From NCBI GenBank assembly GCA_028534125.1, contig CM052816.1:29886001-29950000 (forward strand): DNA of 64,000 nucleotides, in the 5' to 3' direction. Each line of letters starts with the position of its first letter. Position 1 is the stretch's first letter. The translations under genes and the position numbers were made by a program. This DNA comes from Lama glama (lineage: Eukaryota). The notes under the pieces were generated by a model. The model made no database searches, was not told the DNA's origin, and was given only the letters and a program-made list of their open reading frames with translations. Shown in pieces: positions 47,741 through 60,951 of this stretch.

Positions 47741-48849
47741 CTAGCAGTGTCTGATCCAGATGCAGGAAGATGGAGGTGAAGCTATCTGTACACCCCCTGA
47801 CGTGGTCTGTGTTTCCTTAGTGGTGGTGAAATACTATTTCATAGATGCAGGCCTTCCAGTAATGTTTTCTCTTTTCACTCTAAAGCAAGATTTTCGACTT
47901 TGCCAAAAACATTCTGGATAAAACTGAACAATTAAAAACATTATTGAAACATTATTTTTAGGTCTGCACATTATTTCACAAACCCATTCTTTTTGTCTCT
48001 TCTTTGTCAAAGGACTTAGGCAGCTTGTTTCTCTGGCTTACATCAAGTATCTTTTTTTCCTTCCTGTTCAGAATAGGCTGTTTCTCTTTTTCTGGCAAGA
48101 TGAGAGTCTGTGTATTCTACTCTTCCTGATGTCAACCCAGCGATGGGTTCTCGTCACTCCAGATTGTTAGTTTCAAAGGCTAGTTTGGAGACGGAGGGAT
48201 GAAAAACAAGCTTTAATTTTCCTCTTCAGATCTCTCCAGTACACGCTGTCTGTGTATTATTTCAGGAAACCCATTCAGAAGTAGACCGTTTCCTTCCCTG
48301 ACTCGGCACCAGATCAAGAAGTGGCACATAATGTATCGTTGTGTTTATTATGCATCATTTTGCTCCTGACACTGAGGCCATCCAATATTGGTAAATTTAC
48401 AGCCAGGGAGGTCCAGCCATCATGCCCGAAGTGAAGGACAGAGTATTCTGTTATTCATGGCCAGCTCTGGCCCTTTATGATCAGACAGTGAGCAATATAC
48501 TTATCAAAGTCAAAATAACCTTCACTTTAGGAAGCACACTTGTCCTTAATTGCCTGAATAAGAATGCATAAGCAGCTTCTCTCTTGATAATGGAATGGAG
48601 GCTGAGTTGATGTAAGTTTTGAGGATTTTGTAATTTGCCGAAAGTGCTGTCCTCAATTAAATTTTAGTTCACAAATGATGTATCTATTATACTGGAGAGG
48701 TGGACAGACTTTTGCAGTTTAAAAATATTTATATGATCTAAATATGTATATCATACTTAATGATAAACATACACATACTTATGATATTTTTTCTTTTGGG
48801 TCAAAGCTAAGGCCAATAGTTCTATTTCTGTGTCCTATTCAGAAGGATG

Positions 48850-49040
48850 TGAGTTTGAATCTCTGACTACCTCTGTGATGTTGGCATATGCCTTCCTTTA
48901 CTCTCTGTAACATGGTAATAATAATCGTACCCATCTCAGAGGTGTTTCAAGGATTAAATAAGATTGCATATATGGAAAAATACTCAGTATGTTGCCTGGT
49001 ACATTGTAAGAACTTGAGGGAAATTTGCTTTTATTATTAC
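48850..49040 (+). mobile_element. MIR SINE
   Basis: 'gagtttgaatc...tctgtaacatggtaataataatcgtacccatctcagaggtgtttcaaggattaaataaga...tgcctggtacattgtaag'. Confidence 0.75.
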
Positions 49041-49061
49041 CACTCCATCTCCTTCTATTAT

Positions 49062-49095
<34 letters not shown>

Positions 49096-49097
49096 TA
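49062..49097. repeat. (TG)n microsatellite
   Basis: tgtgtgtgtgtgtgtgtgtgtgtgtgtatgtgtg. Confidence 0.95.
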
Positions 49098-52000
49098 CAC
49101 ACATGCATATGTATGTTAAGGCATGAGGTGGTCCTTGGAAGGTGTATAGTTTTGAGAACATGATTGAGAGGACTCAGAAAGCACAGGAAAGCAGTAAAAA
49201 CAATTCTTAGTTGATAAGACATTGTTTACTGTGCTTACCCCAGGTGGCACCTGTCCTCTTTAATGTTCCTGTTAGAGTTAGTTTAATCTACATAGTGGCC
49301 ATCTGATCATTTTAAGGTAGGGATGTTTATTTGAAAACAGGCAGATTCTGGAAGGTAGCAACCCTTGTATCTATGAGCTGCAGTTTGGTCAAATGTAAAC
49401 AACAAAACACAATTAGAAAATGAACTTCAACACTCTTCTGGGAAAGACAGGGAGAACCTATGGAAGGTGGTCATTCTTCCTAGCTGAGACCTGGAGGTGA
49501 CATTGATTGACAAACATCCTCTGATCAGTAAAGTCAGAGTGATAACATTTGCTTACTTGGGTGGTCAGAATTCCTTTGTGATGATGGTAGGTGAGTTGTT
49601 AGAGGGTGCATTGGAGAAACGGACTGGAGAAATAAAATGGGAAATAAAATGACTGGCCATTTTATTTGCAGAACAGTTGGCCTGAGATTTTGTTGTTGTT
49701 TTGGCTGTTTTTCTGTTATGTCTGTAGGCTGAAGTTTAGGCAAATTAAGTGTTAATGGGCTGTAATTTCAGACCAATAGTCTATTAAACCCCACAAGACA
49801 AGCAATAGAGGACTCTGAAATGAAAATTATAGTTTGAACATTTTTCTCTCTTCTTTTTCCCTCTTTCTTCAGACTAAGTAAAATGCACAGGTAGAACTAT
49901 TAGAATCTGTACATGATTCATCACACACATACACACATGTACACACACTCCAAAAACACGAAACAAAAATCTTATTCAAATCCACTGAAAAGTTCCCATT
50001 CAAGCAACATGTGTATTACATAAAAATTGCTTGGCGTTCACAGGAACCACTGTTCCGAGAAGAGGAACCATAATGTATATTAATAGGTGAAGAAAGCTTT
50101 CTTGGGAAGGACCATAAAACCTTGGAGGCCATAAACTCTGGAAATGGATTCCAGAAGGAAAGTGCTATGAAAGCCCAGAGCCCAGGCTAAGTGTGTGTGG
50201 GGCCGAGTAAACATAGTTTTCTGCCCTGAATTGCAAAGTACAATCGCTGAGTTGTCTTCTTGGGGCCTCCACCCCTACCTCTTCCTCCTCCTTTTAGCCC
50301 ACTTGTTGCTTTCTGAGTGGGACCCCACAGTTAATGCAGCATAGACAATTTAACGAAATGGTAGGCTTTTGGCTGGATAATTTTTTGTAGGGTTTCATTA
50401 CACATTTTAATGAGATGTCTTGGCTAGCGTTTTGGACTGAACAAGAAGCTTTCATCAAATTAGTGTGTTCCCCTTCGGAGACTCCAGAAGGTTATGCCTT
50501 GTGGACACAGCTGCCCCTTGGGGCCCTGGAAAGCCCAGCTCTGGCTTGTCCTGGGTCCACTCTGGAAGCCGAGGAACGATTCCGTGTGCGAGTCAGCTGT
50601 CCAAATGGCCTTCCTCTTTCTTGACATCGCGGTCTTAAAAGTGCCTGTGTTTTCACAATCTTTGCAAGACCACTAAGAGTGTTTGTTACCAAATTTACAG
50701 CTCTGATCTGTGTACATCCACCCTGGGTCCCCACTAGAGTTTCTGCCAAGCTCTGGGGGCCCCACCGCCGCCTCCCACAGTGCGGCCGCAGCACATATGT
50801 TTTCTGAGCAAACGGTGCTGCTGTCTGTGTGCACGTTTTCAGTCTATAAATCACCCCTATGCCGGGGCCTGTTCTGTAGGCCTCCAGCCAGTGCTACCTC
50901 GCTCATGAGAATGCCACATTTCCCAAGAGAGCTAGGCCCCGCCGCCTGGACCGTGTGGATAAACCTCCAGGTGCCGAGCAGGAGCGGCTCTTGCTCATAC
51001 AGTGCTCTCCTTTGACCCGTGTCCCGGGGCAGCGGTCAGGCGCTCTGTGTATGGATGCCTTCAGCTGCCTCCGACGGTGGGCTCTGTGACCTGCTGTGCT
51101 TTAACTGTGAAAGGTGGCAATGTGTTCATTTTGCTTCAGGTTTAATTGAGTCACAGACACTTTTTTTTTTCATTCCAGCAGGATGAATGGGCTTCCCAAG
51201 TTTGGCAGCAACAGCAGTGAAACCATCTCCTGTAGAAAGTCAAGGCATGGCTTTAATAGAGTTGATGATTGTGGATGAGTCCTTAGTGACAGGAGAGTGC
51301 AGTGTCACATGAATTAGCTTTAATCACATGATTCATGTTTCCACTGGAATTTTAACAAGTGTAACATCTTTGCGTTTAAAATTCTGAAAGGAAAGAGGCC
51401 AGTGGGGAAGCTGGGGTGGAGAGGAAGAAACAGAGCAAGGCTGAATGTAGTCTAGGCAGTGGTAATGGATCATGTCGTAAATACTGGGACAGGGAAGTTG
51501 GGGGAGGTCAGGGGAGGGTACCAGAAAGGGGAAAAGGAGACATCTCTGCTTTGGATTGCTCACTTGAGGATGGAGATGGGATGTGGCAAGCTTGGGAGGG
51601 GAAGAAGAGGGTGGAAGGGAAAGGGTATCTAGGACAGATTCTGGAATCGCAAACAGAATGCTTGTTCCTCCTGAGCAAGACCATGGATCTCCTCCCTCCT
51701 TCATTCAGCACATCTTTACAGGTTGCTTACTCTTGCCAGGGATTGTGCCCTGGGGATACTAGCTTGTCATCATTAGTCACATCCACATCTTTATTAAATG
51801 TTTTCTTCAATCCATGCTTGCTAGGTGCTCCAGGGGAGTTAACTGGACTCAGCAGAGGTTTCCCTGAATTCTGTAGGAAGGATAAGATGCAGGTGATTCT
51901 TCTATTACAGTGCAATGTTTGGAGATAAACAGTCATGCATTGTTATGCAAACACCAAGGTAATAGAATGTGTACAAATTATAGTAAGTGCAATTACTCAT

Positions 52001-53204
52001 GGGAAAATTTGTTGGTGCTTAGTTATGTTATTGTGTTCACTGCAGATTATAGCTTGTTACTTTCTGTTCCTCTCATATACTTTATCCACTTTAGTTTCAA
52101 AATAGAAATGAAATGCTGGTGTATCATCATTTTACAAGAAAGATATATATGTTTCTTCTATTGCATTAGACAGGTTAATATGTTTCTGTATTTTATAACA
52201 GGGAACTTTATTAGCATGATGAAATTAATGAATGCAGGGCAGTATCTTCCCAGCCAGTTGTTACCAGTAGATAAAGTCTGATGTGGTAATTGCTGACTGA
52301 ATATTAGATCAGGGTTATTGCTGAAGTAAAATCATTCACTGTGGGATGATCAGAGCTACAATATTGTGAATGATAAAAGAGCTGCCTTCACTCCCTAGTT
52401 TTAATTAGCTGTTAAAGAGGTGCCTTGGGTGATTCTGAAAGGCCCATCTTATCAATATTGTTATTTAGAAATGATTTACAATATTGTTACAGAGTCTGCT
52501 AATGTTTCTATCATTAAAGGTCTACCATTGTTTCCATTATGAATTCTATTGTTTGAAGGATTTGCAGACATGGCTTGAATATTCCTTTCAAAGCTCTGTG
52601 TGTATCTTTCTTTAAAACATATTCGAAGTTCTTAAAACCACCAGAGCTACTGTTTATGGATGGACCATTATTGATTTTTTTTATTCATATGACAGTGCCC
52701 AGCTTCAGTCCTTTAAAAACATGGAAGCCTCATTTTATAGGAGGAAATGACATCTCACCTTTATCCATTGATTGATTGGGTTTGGAAGTGAAAGTCTGGT
52801 CACCCTGGAAATCTGTAATTTGATATAATATATCTTCTGCCTTTTAATTACCTACTAGGCTTTTCTATTATTAATGCTTTGAAACATGAATAAAGTTTCC
52901 AAAATTATCTAATTTGTGATTTGAGGTGGTCCTGATTAAAATTTCCATATTGATCAATTCCTTAATAAATGTAAGTAGAAACATTTTTGAAGAATAAGTT
53001 TTCTAAAGGGTTAGAGCTCACATTACTATGACTATATTCCTGAAAAATCTGTTTGCAAAATCACAGTTCTGTAGGTTAAATCATATTTCCATTCCCTACA
53101 TTTGTACCATTACATCATTTTCCAGGTGCAACTGAAGGACTGTGGCCATTGGGTTCTTGGTTGTGCAATCCTTGGATATTTTTTTTTAATGTCATTTACC
53201 TATT

Positions 53205-54615
53205 CAATTTTATTTTTTTACCGAAGTATAGTCGATTTACAATTTTGTGTTAGTTTTGGGTGTACATTACAGTGATTCAGTATTTTTGCAGATTATATTC
53301 CGGTATAGGTTATTATGAGATAATAGATATAATTCCCTGTGCTATGCAATATGTCCATGTTGCTTAATTACTTTTAGATAGTAGTTTGTATCTGTTAATC
53401 CCAAACTCCAAATTTGTCCTTCCCTCTTTCCCTCTCCCATTTGGTAACCACAAGTTTGTTTTCTATATCTGTGAATCTTTTTCTGTTTTTTTATATACAT
53501 TCATTTGTATTATTTTTATATTCCACATATAAGTGATATCATATAGTATTTGTCTTTCTCTGTCTGACTTATTTCACTAAAATAATGTTGTCTAGGTCCA
53601 TCCATGTAGCTGCAAATGACAGAATTTCATTCTTTTTTATGGCTGAGTAATATTTCATTGTATATGCACACCACATCTTTATCCATTCATCTGTTGTCAG
53701 GCACTTGTGTTGCTTCCACGTCTTGGCTATTGTAAATAGTGCTGCTGTGAACATTGGGGGTGAATGTATCTTTTCAAATTACTGTTTTTTAATTCTTCCA
53801 GATATATATCCAGGAGTGGAATTTGTGAATCATATGGTAGTTCAATTCTTAGTTTTTTAAGGCACCTCCATACTGTTTTCCATAGTTACTGTACCAATTT
53901 ACATTATCACCAACAGTATATGAGGGTTCTCCTTTCTTCATATCCTCTCCAACATTTGTTATTTGTAGAATTTTGATGGTAGCCATTCTGACAGGTGTAA
54001 GGTGACACCTCATTGTGGTTTTGATTTGCATTTCTCTAATTGGTGATGCTGAGCATCTTTTCATGTTCCTATTAACCATCTGTATGTCTTTTTTGGAAGA
54101 ATGACTATTCAACTCTTCTGCCCATTTTTTGACTGGGTTGTTTGTTTTTGATATTGAATTGTATGAGCTGTTTGAATATTTTGGATATTAACCCCTTGTT
54201 GGTTGCATCATTTGCAAACATTTTCTCCCATTCTATAGGCTTTTTCATTTTGTTGATGATTTCCTTTGCTGTGCAAAAGCTTTTGAGTCATTTGGTCCCA
54301 TTTGTTTATTTTTGCTTCTATTTATTTTGCCTTAGGAGACTGATCTAAGAAAATATTGCTGTGATTTATGTCAGAGAATGTTTTGCCTGTGCTCTCTTCT
54401 AGTAGTTTTATGGTTTTATATCTTAAATTTAACTCTTTAAACCATTTTGAGCTTATTTTTGTATGTGGTATGAGGGAATGTTGTAATCCCATTGCTTAAC
54501 ATGTGGCTGTCCAGTTTTCCCAGCACCACTTATTGAAGAGACTGTCTTTTCTCCATTGTATATTCTTGCCTCCCTTGTCATGGATTAGTTGATTGTAGGT
54601 GTGTGCGTTCCCGGA
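53205..54615 (-). mobile_element. 5'-truncated L1 (ORF2 C-terminus plus 3' UTR)
   Basis: Minus-strand ORFs MFTAALFTIAKTWKQ..YYSAIKKNEILSFAATWMDL and [19 protein letters not shown], with a T-rich tail at the left end. Confidence 0.95.
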
Positions 54616-55599
54616 CTTTCATGTCTCCCATGTACCCATCCTCCCATAGCTCACAAAGGTCATTTCTAGGGGAGTGATAAACTTTCATAGAAGTTTTGCT
54701 TTGAAACTGAAGGGACCGAAGAAATTACCTACTCTTATCTATGGCTTAAATTGCAAAAAATGAGATACAAAGAGATTATTTAACTAGAGTCAGTATCTGT
54801 TTAGTTAAGAGACCCTGTATGAGAATCTAGCCCCACCTAGCAGTGCTTCTTTCTGCTAACTGCCCATCTTACATTTTCATTGGGTAACTATATATTTGGA
54901 GAGAGTAATAAAGTGAATTAGATAGTAAGTCACTCTCTTACTCTAAGATCAAAGTTTTACACCTTCATTATTTAGTTATGGAATTTGAACAGACTGTGAC
55001 TCCCAGTTTATTTGACTTTCAATGGGATAAGCTGGTAGGCTTCAGGGATGGTGGTTTTCTGACCTTGGACGCTTACCCAGGCACAGGATGTTTGAGTTGC
55101 TGCTTTTCCTAGGCTGGGGTTCCAATTTCTGGTGATCCCTTCCAAGCATGATGCTGGAATATCTTGGGCTAGGCAACGTGGGTATGCAACTAAAAGGCTT
55201 TCTACCCAGCAATGACTTGGACCCAAGTCAACTGGAGGTGTGACAGTTCAGCAGTCAGCCACTCACAGCTCTTCTCCCTAATGTAAGTCACCATTTCCAC
55301 TCACTACAACATTCTTTATGGCGAAGCACCCCTCTCAGATCCCTCTGGAACCTTTTCCCAAGGAGGAGCTCACTAGACCAAATATACTTCCATCCCTCAT
55401 TACTGTTTTTCTTATTTCAGGTTGTTTTTTCTCTTTATAATAATACAACACAAAGCAGTGGTTTTCAAGGTGTACTTCCCTGGGCTTGCATAATCAATGT
55501 CACCAGGAATTTAAACTTTAAAAAATGTTTACTATTAAATATCATGTCTTTCTTTCCTTTATAATACTCTCAGTCAACAATTTGTAGGCTCATCGTAAC

Positions 55600-55775
55600 T
55601 GAAGTGCACATAGCTCTTACGTTCTGTTGAGCACCCTTCTAAGTGTTTTCTAAATATTATCTCATTTGATCTTTATGATCACATTATGAAGTAGGTGCTT
55701 TCATTTCCCTATTTTCCAGGGAAGGAAACTGGACATAGAGAGGATTAGAAACTCGCCCAAGGTCATACAACTATA
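55600..55775 (-). mobile_element. MIR SINE
   Basis: 'atattatctcatttgatc...tatgaagtaggt...aggaaactggacatagagagg...ctcgcccaaggtcatacaact'. Confidence 0.8.
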
Positions 55776-57949
55776 AAAAATGTTCATAGGAAAAATACTG
55801 GGAGCAAATATCAAATGTAATCAGTGGTTATTTCTGGGTGTAGGAACTACAGATAGCTTTAAATTTCTTCTGTATTTTCCAAAACAAATATGTAGCCCAT
55901 TTGCTATCAGAAAGAAAAAGTCAAAATACTGAAAAGAACTAAAGCAGAAGTCTCAAAGAAGACCTAGAGTAAGGGTGAGCAGGACAGGAGAGAGGAGTTG
56001 TGATTTATTAAACACCTCTCCCTCAGTCCAGGTCTTCCAGGGTCCTGGCAGCTACTGAGCAATTGAAGAAACAGAGCCCCGCGTGTGGGCGCTGTGAGCA
56101 TCAGAACTGTAAACCCAGGAAGGGCACGACATTGAGCAATCTGATCTTTCCAATATCTGAACAGGTTTCAAAACTTATTATATTTGTGGGTAGGCAGTGG
56201 TAAAGTGCATTTTATCACAATATGTTCAGGAGACATTCGATGGCGTAAAACCCAGCTCTCTGCATCAACGGTACAAGGAAGTTTGGCTATGAAATAATGC
56301 CCTGACTCATCATTAATTAAGTGTGCAATATGGGAAAGGAGTTAGTGTCTTCCAATGAATGGGAGGTATGGAGAAACAGCTATAAGTTTTCAAAATAGCC
56401 CATTATTAGCAATCTGCACCCAATCGATTGGTACCCACAGTTCAGTCAGCCCTTAAACAAGCTGGACAACAGCTGAAGTAATTATTTGGGGTAAATTATT
56501 GCCACTGTAAAATGTAATCAATGTTTTATTACAGCAAAAAGAGATTTTTTTTTTCTTAATTCTCTCTTCCCTCTACCTCTCCTCAACCAGATCTCCTTGC
56601 CAGAGCTCTAGAAGAAAGATTTTTTTTCCTCCCCTACATTGGCAGGAGAGTCTCAGGCATCCGAATGCAGCAAGACAGGACACATCTTGTAAAGGTTTTG
56701 CATTTTAATATCCCTTAATGACCAGTAATGAATTCTTTATAGTTAATCTGCTGTTCTCATAAAAACAATCTAGATGGTTTTAAAAAATCAATCATTAATG
56801 AGCAGTGAATGACAGCTCCCCAACAACACAGCTGTATTTTTGTAAAAGTGATTAAACATTGTCTGCATTCATAATTGCATGGTTAATAAGAATGTTGAGC
56901 ACTAAGTCAAGCATTGTTGCTAATGATGACGGATTACAATGCTACAAATGCTTTGGAGTTAACGGGGCTAAATTTTCAAAAGCAGTCCCTGGAATGGAAT
57001 GCACACAGACCCACCAAGTATTCAGTTTGCATGGACCATTAACAGGTTTGTGCTTGGCATTTGGGAGCTTTGCAGTTGAGCCTTTTTTGCAGTTGAGCCT
57101 AATCTGGCCCATTATGACAGAAAGCATCTGTAATTAACAGTAGCTGGTCTCCCTCTGCCCAGTCTTGGTGAATGGTGTAAAATGCTCTGTGTGTGGTTTG
57201 ATGGAGCCCAAAGCCCCTTTGATGAAGAGTCCTGAAGGCTGAAAGTAAGGCAAAAAGAGCCTCTAGGCACCTAGTTCAGCCTTACAGGTAGGTGTGAATA
57301 CCAAGAGTTTGGCAAGGAGGTGGGAGTGGGCAAGTCTTTAGAAGGGGACTTGGTAATACCTTCGCTGAGGTATACACCCTCTCGTTTTGGCCTTAAACAT
57401 ACTAAGCCTTGGGAATTCCTGGATTATCATTCACAGACAACTGTTTACAGTCTGAGAGTGTCCTGTGGTCCACTGGGGATTGATAACTGTGCTGAGAGAT
57501 GAATTTCAGTCTGTAAGGAGCCATGGGCAGAGTGAGTCGTCCAGTGACTGGGCACGCCTCTTCTCCTGCCCGGTCTGTCTGTGCTCTGACCAGGGGTGAG
57601 GCCATTCTACCTGTGCAGCCATGTGTAGTCACAACTGATGAGGAAGACTGCTGGCTAACAGGGAACTTACGAGTTCGGGGATTCTTGGAAGTGTCTTGTA
57701 TCTCTCTGGGATGTTGAGGGTCTGATGGATAGTTTGGTAGCCTTGTCTCATGCTGTTATTTACTCGTTCCAGTTCGTGTGGGTATCTTCTCTTGCCAGTA
57801 CCTTTGCCTAGAGAACAGGGACCACGTGTATTATTCCTTTGACTTCACCAGAGCACCCCACTCAGTGCTGTTTTTTCTGCATCAGCTAACCCTTGTCTGA
57901 GCAGAGGGTTACAGAGCCTCACAGTCTGCAAGACAGACTGGGGTTATGA

Positions 57950-58165
57950 GCATGGTTTTAAGATGCCTGGGTTTGAAATGCTACTCTGCCACTCATTAGT
58001 GACATTTTACACCTCGTGGAGCCTCACTTTTGCTTATCAGCAGAGTAGGAGGGATATTAGTAGATATGTGCTAGGGTTATTGTGAGGATTCGGTGAGATA
58101 AATGTTTGAAACTCTTAGTAGATTGACGAGGATTTAGTATGTGCTTGATAAGAGTTAGTTGTCTC
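57950..58165 (+). mobile_element. MIR SINE
   Basis: 'cctgggtttgaaatgctactctgccactcattag...gagcctcactttt...tagggttattgtgaggattcggtgagataa'. Confidence 0.8.
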
Positions 58166-58689
58166 TGTCTTTATCATTGCTAAGGCCACAGGTCTAGGTC
58201 CTGAATGAGTAAGGACTACCTGTGAGGCTGGAATCTCTTTAGCAAATCTGGGCCAATCTTTGTAGATCTGAGAGTGATGAGATGCTGCCCTTAGTCCATG
58301 TGTTCCATGGCTGTGGCTGGTGAGCAGCTACTTTTATATCATGGGCTGAAACATGTTCCTCCTACACCTAAGAAGGTACATGCATATTGCAGAGAGGGGC
58401 GAGGACACCAGCTCAGCCAGACAAGCGCACAGGCATGGCAGCTGTCACAGTCAGAGGGTCCCACAACTCTAGTCCCAGCATCCAAAATCATGCCCATACC
58501 TGCTGCAGGGCCACATTCAGGACTGGGGTAGAAACATTAATGGGGCAGAGCCTTCTGGAGCCTGTGATGGCGACAGAGAGATCTGAGATGAGGCTTGCTC
58601 TGACTTCTGCCAGGGACTTCTGCTGTCTTAAGAAGCCCTCCTATTTCCAGCTCAAGCTTCTGGTGCCCTGTGGGCAGGGGACCCCTCCC

Positions 58690-58990
58690 CCACCTCCTGC
58701 AACTTATAACCAATTTTATTATTATTGCTTATTGTTTAAAATATGAGGCAATAAGTATACGTACATGTGCTCTCCACCTCTTCTTGTCACATAAATGTGG
58801 TATTCTGTGCAGTTTTCCACTTTGCTTTTGTTTACTTAACAATATTGCCTGATGATGTCTTGTGGAGGCATATGTCAGTCTTCCCCATTTCTTTTTACCA
58901 TATGTTCCTTTGAGTGGATGTACCATGGCCTGGTCAACTAGTCCTCCAATTGATGGGCATTTGGGAGGGGAGCCTTTTTTGATTAAACAG
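58690..58990 (-). mobile_element. Old L1 (L1ME-like) fragment
   Basis: 'ttttccactttgcttttgtttacttaacaatatt...tggatgtaccat...ccaattgatgggcatttggg'. Confidence 0.65.
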
Positions 58991-59984
58991 CAGAGCCTGG
59001 ATAGCTATTTAAACATCCTACAGGCTCCAGTACTTTTCCCCACACCCTTTCTCTTCCTTGGGTTGTTTGCCTTCTAACAAATTAGTAGGCCTGCATCACA
59101 GGACAGTCAAAAAATATATGCCAAATGGAGCTGAACCATGAAGGAAGAACGGGCTTGCTCTCGGTATTAGTTCTCACTTCTATTCCATTCCCCTTTGGAT
59201 TCTTTATCTGCAACTGCAGAAACCTTGAAAATATGACCGAGAATTAAAACCAAAGGCAGAACTGCATGGTATTATAAAATTTTAAAGAATCGCATGAGTG
59301 CTCAACATTTTAAAATGATTTTAAAAAGATGAAGTAGTGGGGGAGTTTTTGTGGCTCCAGGGATTTAATGAAAAACTTGAAATTATAACTCTAATACCCA
59401 TCTTTACTTTAATACCCAATGTCTTCATTTGGCAAATGAAAATCATACTGGTTGTCACCCATTTCTCTTTTTGGATGGAGAGTAGTACCACTATATTACT
59501 GGCAAATATTTTATAAACATGAAATGTTAAACCATAATAGTAATTTTGCATGGTAATGACCAGGAACCAGGTCTTTATATCCCATTGCCATAAGTGGTTA
59601 ACAAGAAGATAGTCTGTGTTTGGGAGGCTTTATAGAGACTGGCAAATGTCCTTTTTCTCTGATAAAGTAAAGTCACCTCAGACTGTGTGTTGTTACACAT
59701 GGACATTATTCCCCAGGATAGAACTTATGATTTGCTGCAACCCAGTAGCAGCTCTCCTCTCTGAGTAGTCCAGGCAATGCTCCCTGACCTCCAGCCTCTG
59801 CCACTGCCCTTCTTATTTATCCTGATCATTCCTACTTGTTGTCTTTATTGATGTTGTCCCCAAGCTAAAATTGACTCTTTGTTGCACGCAGTCATAGCAA
59901 ACCCTACACAGAGACCCCGCTTTCAAACCCAGGTCAGTCTAGTGCTATATCCTCTAGTGGCATTGAGACTGGCATAACTGCAGT

Positions 59985-60112
59985 GGTCAGTTTCTTAACC
60001 TCTGTGGGGTTCATCTTCAAGATCTGTAAAAGGTGAAGTGTGATATTTACTGCTCAGGATTATTATGAGGATTAAATGAGATAATGTGAGCAATTAATGG
60101 TCAGTAAATTTC
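59985..60112 (+). mobile_element. MIR fragment
   Basis: 'cttaacctctgtg...atctgtaaaa...aggattattatgaggattaaatgagataatg'. Confidence 0.75.
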
Positions 60113-60401
60113 AGTCTACTTGAAGGTGGACTCTTCGACTATTCTGCCTTTCAACATCACCTGCCTTGTTAGAATTCTTGTTACATTTACGAGACTTCAG
60201 TCTGTGACACACACCTTGATGCTTGAATAAGAATGATTTTGCATTGTCCACTTACGTTGTTTGTACAAAAAATCCGCATCCTGTGTTTTTCAGGTTGCCT
60301 TTGGAGAGAAGGTAAATTTTAATTGTGCATTTACTGAGGGTCTAAATAAAGCTCAGAATCAGATTTTTAGAGCTTGAAGGGAGTATAAGGATGGGTCATG
60401 T

Positions 60402-60951
60402 TGTATTTTTCAGGACGGTCGCCACAGCACTCTCATCCTTTATGCTCTTCTACAGTGTGGACTTGCAGTTCCCCTCTTCAGAGAGGTGAAGTCGAGTTCT
60501 TCCCCTTTGAATCTAAGCAAGCGTGTAACTACTTCAACTAGTAGAATACAGGGAAAGAGACACTATGTGATGTCCAAGATTAGGTCAGACAATGCCATGC
60601 ATCTTCTGTCTGGTTGAGCAGGACCATCACATTTTGGAGTTCCCAGTCTTCTGTAAGAAATTCAACTTTACTGAGGCCGCCATGCTGTGAGGAAGTCCAA
60701 GCCACATGGAAAGGCAACCAGACATGGAAATGAAGAGGCCACTTTGCAAGTAGATCTTCCAGACCCCACCATTCTAGCCCGTCATTTAGGTCTCTTCATA
60801 GAAGCTCTAGACATCATGGGGTAAAGAAGAGCTGTCCCACTATGTTCTTTCCAAACCCCTGACCCACAGAACCCATAAGCACAGCGAATGGTGGTTGTTT
60901 CATGCTGCTGAATTTAGGGTAGTTCGTTATGCAGCAAAGATAATTGGAACA
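60402..60951 (+). mobile_element. MaLR solo LTR (MLT1F/G/H-like)
   Basis: 'tcccctttgaatct...ctgaggccgccatgctgtgaggaagtccaagccacatgga...cctgacccacagaa...gggtagttcgttatgcagcaaagataattggaaca'. Confidence 0.85.

Noticed and set aside
51416..51928. 170-aa plus-strand ORF
   Set aside because: GTG start, purine-rich and probably L2-derived sequence, with no homology recognised.
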